Assembly: GCA_013265495.1 (NCBI GenBank) | Contig: MU063892.1 | Coordinates: forward strand, 620,001-684,000 | Length of the DNA stretch: 64,000 bases | Direction: 5' to 3' | Source: Vicugna vicugna | Taxonomy: Eukaryota | Shown here: positions 60,930-64,000 of the stretch, in pieces | Numbering within the stretch: position 1 is the first letter of the stretch | Layout: the number at the start of each line of letters is the position of its first letter | Notes under the pieces: model-generated | What the model was told of the DNA's origin: nothing | Seen by the model: the letters and a program-made list of their open reading frames with translations, nothing else | Database searches by the model: none | Position numbers and translations under genes: made by a program

Positions 60930-63900
60930 GGGGTGGGGGGGCTGGTGATAACACAGTACCAAGAGAAGCTTGCACGAAGAACAGAGATGAAAGACATCTT
61001 CCATCCCACGTCACCCCCAGGGACTTCATGACCTGCAGGCAGTGCAGGAAAGCCCAGGAAAGACGACACCCTGTGCTAGGTGCCTCCCCTCCAGGAATCC
61101 CGTAGTCCTGGGCACTGAGAGATTAGTTTTTGTTTTTGCTTTCTTGAGATGGGGAAACAGGCTCAGGGAGAAGCAGTCGGTGGCGCTGGGCCCCGGACCA
61201 GCTCTGGGTGACGGACTCAGGCTCCTTGCTGCTGACCTCTGCGGCAGCTGGCAGTGCCGGGGATGCGGCGGAAAGGCAGTTTTGGGTTCAGACTCCAGCT
61301 CCGTGCCCCACAGGCTGAGGTTCTCCCCGCCCCTCCCACCCTCAGCCTTCTCCCCCAGCAGGTCCCTGGCCACCTCAGTTGGGAACCCAGCACCCCCTTG
61401 GCCTGGCCCTCCTGGGGGCCTCTGCACAAACAGGGCACTCTCATCCCCGAGCCCAGACTCTCCAGGCTGCACTAAAAGACCTCCACTTCCACGTGGGGGC
61501 CAAGGGCACCCAGCCCAGCCGTGAAACACTGGCTAGTCCTGTCCTCTGGGCTTTGGCTCAGCGGACCTGGGCTTGAACCACACTACTGCCACTCACTTGA
61601 TCCTGGGACTCCGGAGAGGAGGGACTACACCTCTCTGAACCCCCTGTAACTGGGAAGCCGGCAAGAGGAGTGGGCTGAGCCCTGGGCCTGGAGTGAGGAG
61701 ACTCTTGCCCCTTCACCTCTCTGAGCCTCACCCATCTCACCTGTAGAACGCAGACCACAAACACCCTAACTGCTCCAAGCACCGTTAGGAGACCTAGTGT
61801 CAAAGCACTGTTCCCAGCGGGGAGTCCTTGGCAAGCACAGGAGGGGCGACTGGCGCTCCTGCAGGAAGGGGAAAGTTATCTCAAAAGGCATCACAAGCTT
61901 AAAAGGGAACGGCACAGCATGCTAATGGGGGGATTCTAAGCATCAACCAGGGAATGGGGTCCTCCAGGGTGCGACTCTGGGCCAGCCACATTCCCCTCTT
62001 GGAATTTCAGTTTCTACATCTGTGAAATGAGAAACAAAAACCCCCTTACCAAGAATCAATAAGAAAAGAGCAGTGCCTAGGCAAGCTGCGGGCACACACC
62101 TGGGACACAATCCTGCCCTCTGCAAAAGGAACAAACTTTGGGCAGCGGTTCTCAAACTTCGGGGAAACAACATTACTCCACCAGAGGCTAATTCAGAATG
62201 TCAAGGGTGGGGCCCAAGAACCTGCACTTTATCAGAGGCCAGGCCTGTGGCTTCCAAGACAGGAGTGGGTTTTATCAGAGCCAGTTCTGGGGAAGGGGGA
62301 TTGTTTCCTGATGAAACCTAAGGAAGGTGGAAAGGGGGGAAGAATGGCAACAGGAGTGGAGGGTGGGGCTCTATTAATCAGTCTCCACCCCAGCCGGAAA
62401 CAGGCATTGTTGAGGCGCACACATCCTTCACCTGCTAACAGTCTGCAGCTGCAGCACGAAGCTGTGATTGTGAATGTCAAAAAGACGGAGCATGAAATTA
62501 ACTTCCCCTTGGTCAATGGGCACAGGGAGACGCTGCACTAACTCCCTGCCCTCAGTATGAAAACTCCCCATGACAACGTCGCATCCAGTTAGAGCCTGTG
62601 CTCCCAGGGTGGCACTGTATCTCTGCACGAAGCACCCTTTTACTACCAGGCCCAGCAAACAAGGGCCCTGAGGCTGGGAGAAAGGCCAGGGCGACAGGTA
62701 GGTGACGTCCCGGGGTGAACTGGGCGGTGGCCAGAGCCAGCTGGGACAGGGGCTGGGGAGGGCCCCTCAGCTCCCCCATGGGGGCTGCCCACTGAGAAAG
62801 GGAGGTGGGGAATCACTGTGACAAGGAGTAACTCACCTCTCAGGGCACCTGATGTGGGGAAATGTGCAAACCCAACCTTCCATCTGGGCCAATTCCTGCC
62901 CCAGCAGCCTCACTGGAGAGATAGGAAGCTAAGACTCGTTGCCCTCCCGAGGTAGGATCACACCGAGGTAGCGATGGAGCAGGCCCAGGAGCCAGGTTCC
63001 TGTGGCTCTGGCACTCTGTCTGCTCCAGCCTGGTCTGTGGCAGCCAGGGTAGAAGTGGCAGCAGGAGGGGTGGCGGGAGGCTGGGGGCAACAAAGCCCTG
63101 CTCAGGTGCCTTTGGGAGAACCAGGAAAGAGTTCTGGAGGCTGCCCTCCGGCCCCTCCCTTCCTACCAGTTTTTCTCCGGGCAGACCCTGAGCCCCTCCT
63201 CAAGGCACAAAGTGCTGTGTTAGAGCCTTCAGCCTCCCACCAGTCCCCCGGACAAGCTGCTACCAGCCAGTCTTCAAGGGGACGACCCCAGGAGTCAGGT
63301 GCATACAGGTTTCCTAAGCAGGGGTGAGTCAGGGTATCTGGGGAGGTCCTATTCTTAGCATGCCCCCAGGATCAGACTTGACCTCCAACAATGGGGTCAC
63401 TTCTTACTCTCCCCCAGGAGTGCACAGGGCATTGCCAGGTGGGCTGCCAGCGACCCTTGCAGGTGAGATTCCGTCTCCCTCTCCTTCCCCTAGGTCTTCA
63501 CCCCACCACCTGCCTGGCTCAGAGGTGACTTCTGGTGTACCTCTGGTGGCTTCCACAGGGACCTGGCTTCTAGTTGCCAAGGAGAGTTCTTCCATGTGCA
63601 TGCCTAGGGCATGTGGGGTGGCCTGCAGAAAGGACTTGATAGGCAGCCGCGGCTGTGCCCTGGCTAAGTACGAGATGCTGGGCGCCCACTCAGGCTCACA
63701 TCACACCTCCCCACAAAGTACGGAGATTCCCTCTGTCTCAGGAGGGGACGGTCACACAGGCCACCCCTCCTGGCGCCCCCAGATGGGAAGGGCAACTTCT
63801 ACATCATTACCATCACAACCGTCTCCTCTGGGCTTCCAGCCAGTCCTCCGAGGTGGATGGGCAGGTGTGAACTCAGGCGACTCTACATAGAAAACTGACG

Positions 63901-64000
63901 GGGAGCACGCACCTGGTGGGGATCAGGTCCTTCGAGAAGCTGCCTTAGGCTCTGGAATTGTGGGAGGGGTCCTGTAGGCAGCAGCCCAATGGCTGCTGGA

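Noticed and set aside
1-64000. tRNA, rRNA, snoRNA, miRNA hairpins, CRISPR arrays, processed pseudogenes, intact transposons
   Set aside because: None were recognised by eye. An Infernal/Rfam scan and BLAST would be needed to exclude small RNAs.

Overview
This is GC-rich placental mammal DNA, not human: I saw no Alu, and the protein differs from the human sequence as I recall it. The window holds the middle of the DAB2IP gene (Ras-GAP tumour suppressor, AIP1) on the minus strand. Ten coding exons lie at 544-17617 (exons 4-13 by human long-isoform numbering, from memory). They encode the C-terminal PH half, the C2 domain, the Ras-GAP domain with an intact arginine finger, and the Ser/Pro-rich region with a 10-Pro run. 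All visible splice sites are GT-AG and the frame is continuous. The remaining ~46 kb (17.6-64 kb) is one large intron. It contains a CpG-island internal promoter near 36 kb, several candidate alternative first exons, AT-rich enhancer-like islands and only ancient repeats (MIR, L2, L1M, hAT MITEs). The gene is cut at both window edges. Five of the six N-runs overlap coding exons and keep the expected exon lengths, so they look like base-for-base masks; the sixth abuts the best alternative-exon candidate. I found no convincing novel system. The best leads are alternative N-termini, an in-frame stop-free 84-nt intron in the GAP domain, and putative enhancers. Repeat boundaries and subfamilies were assigned by eye and are approximate.
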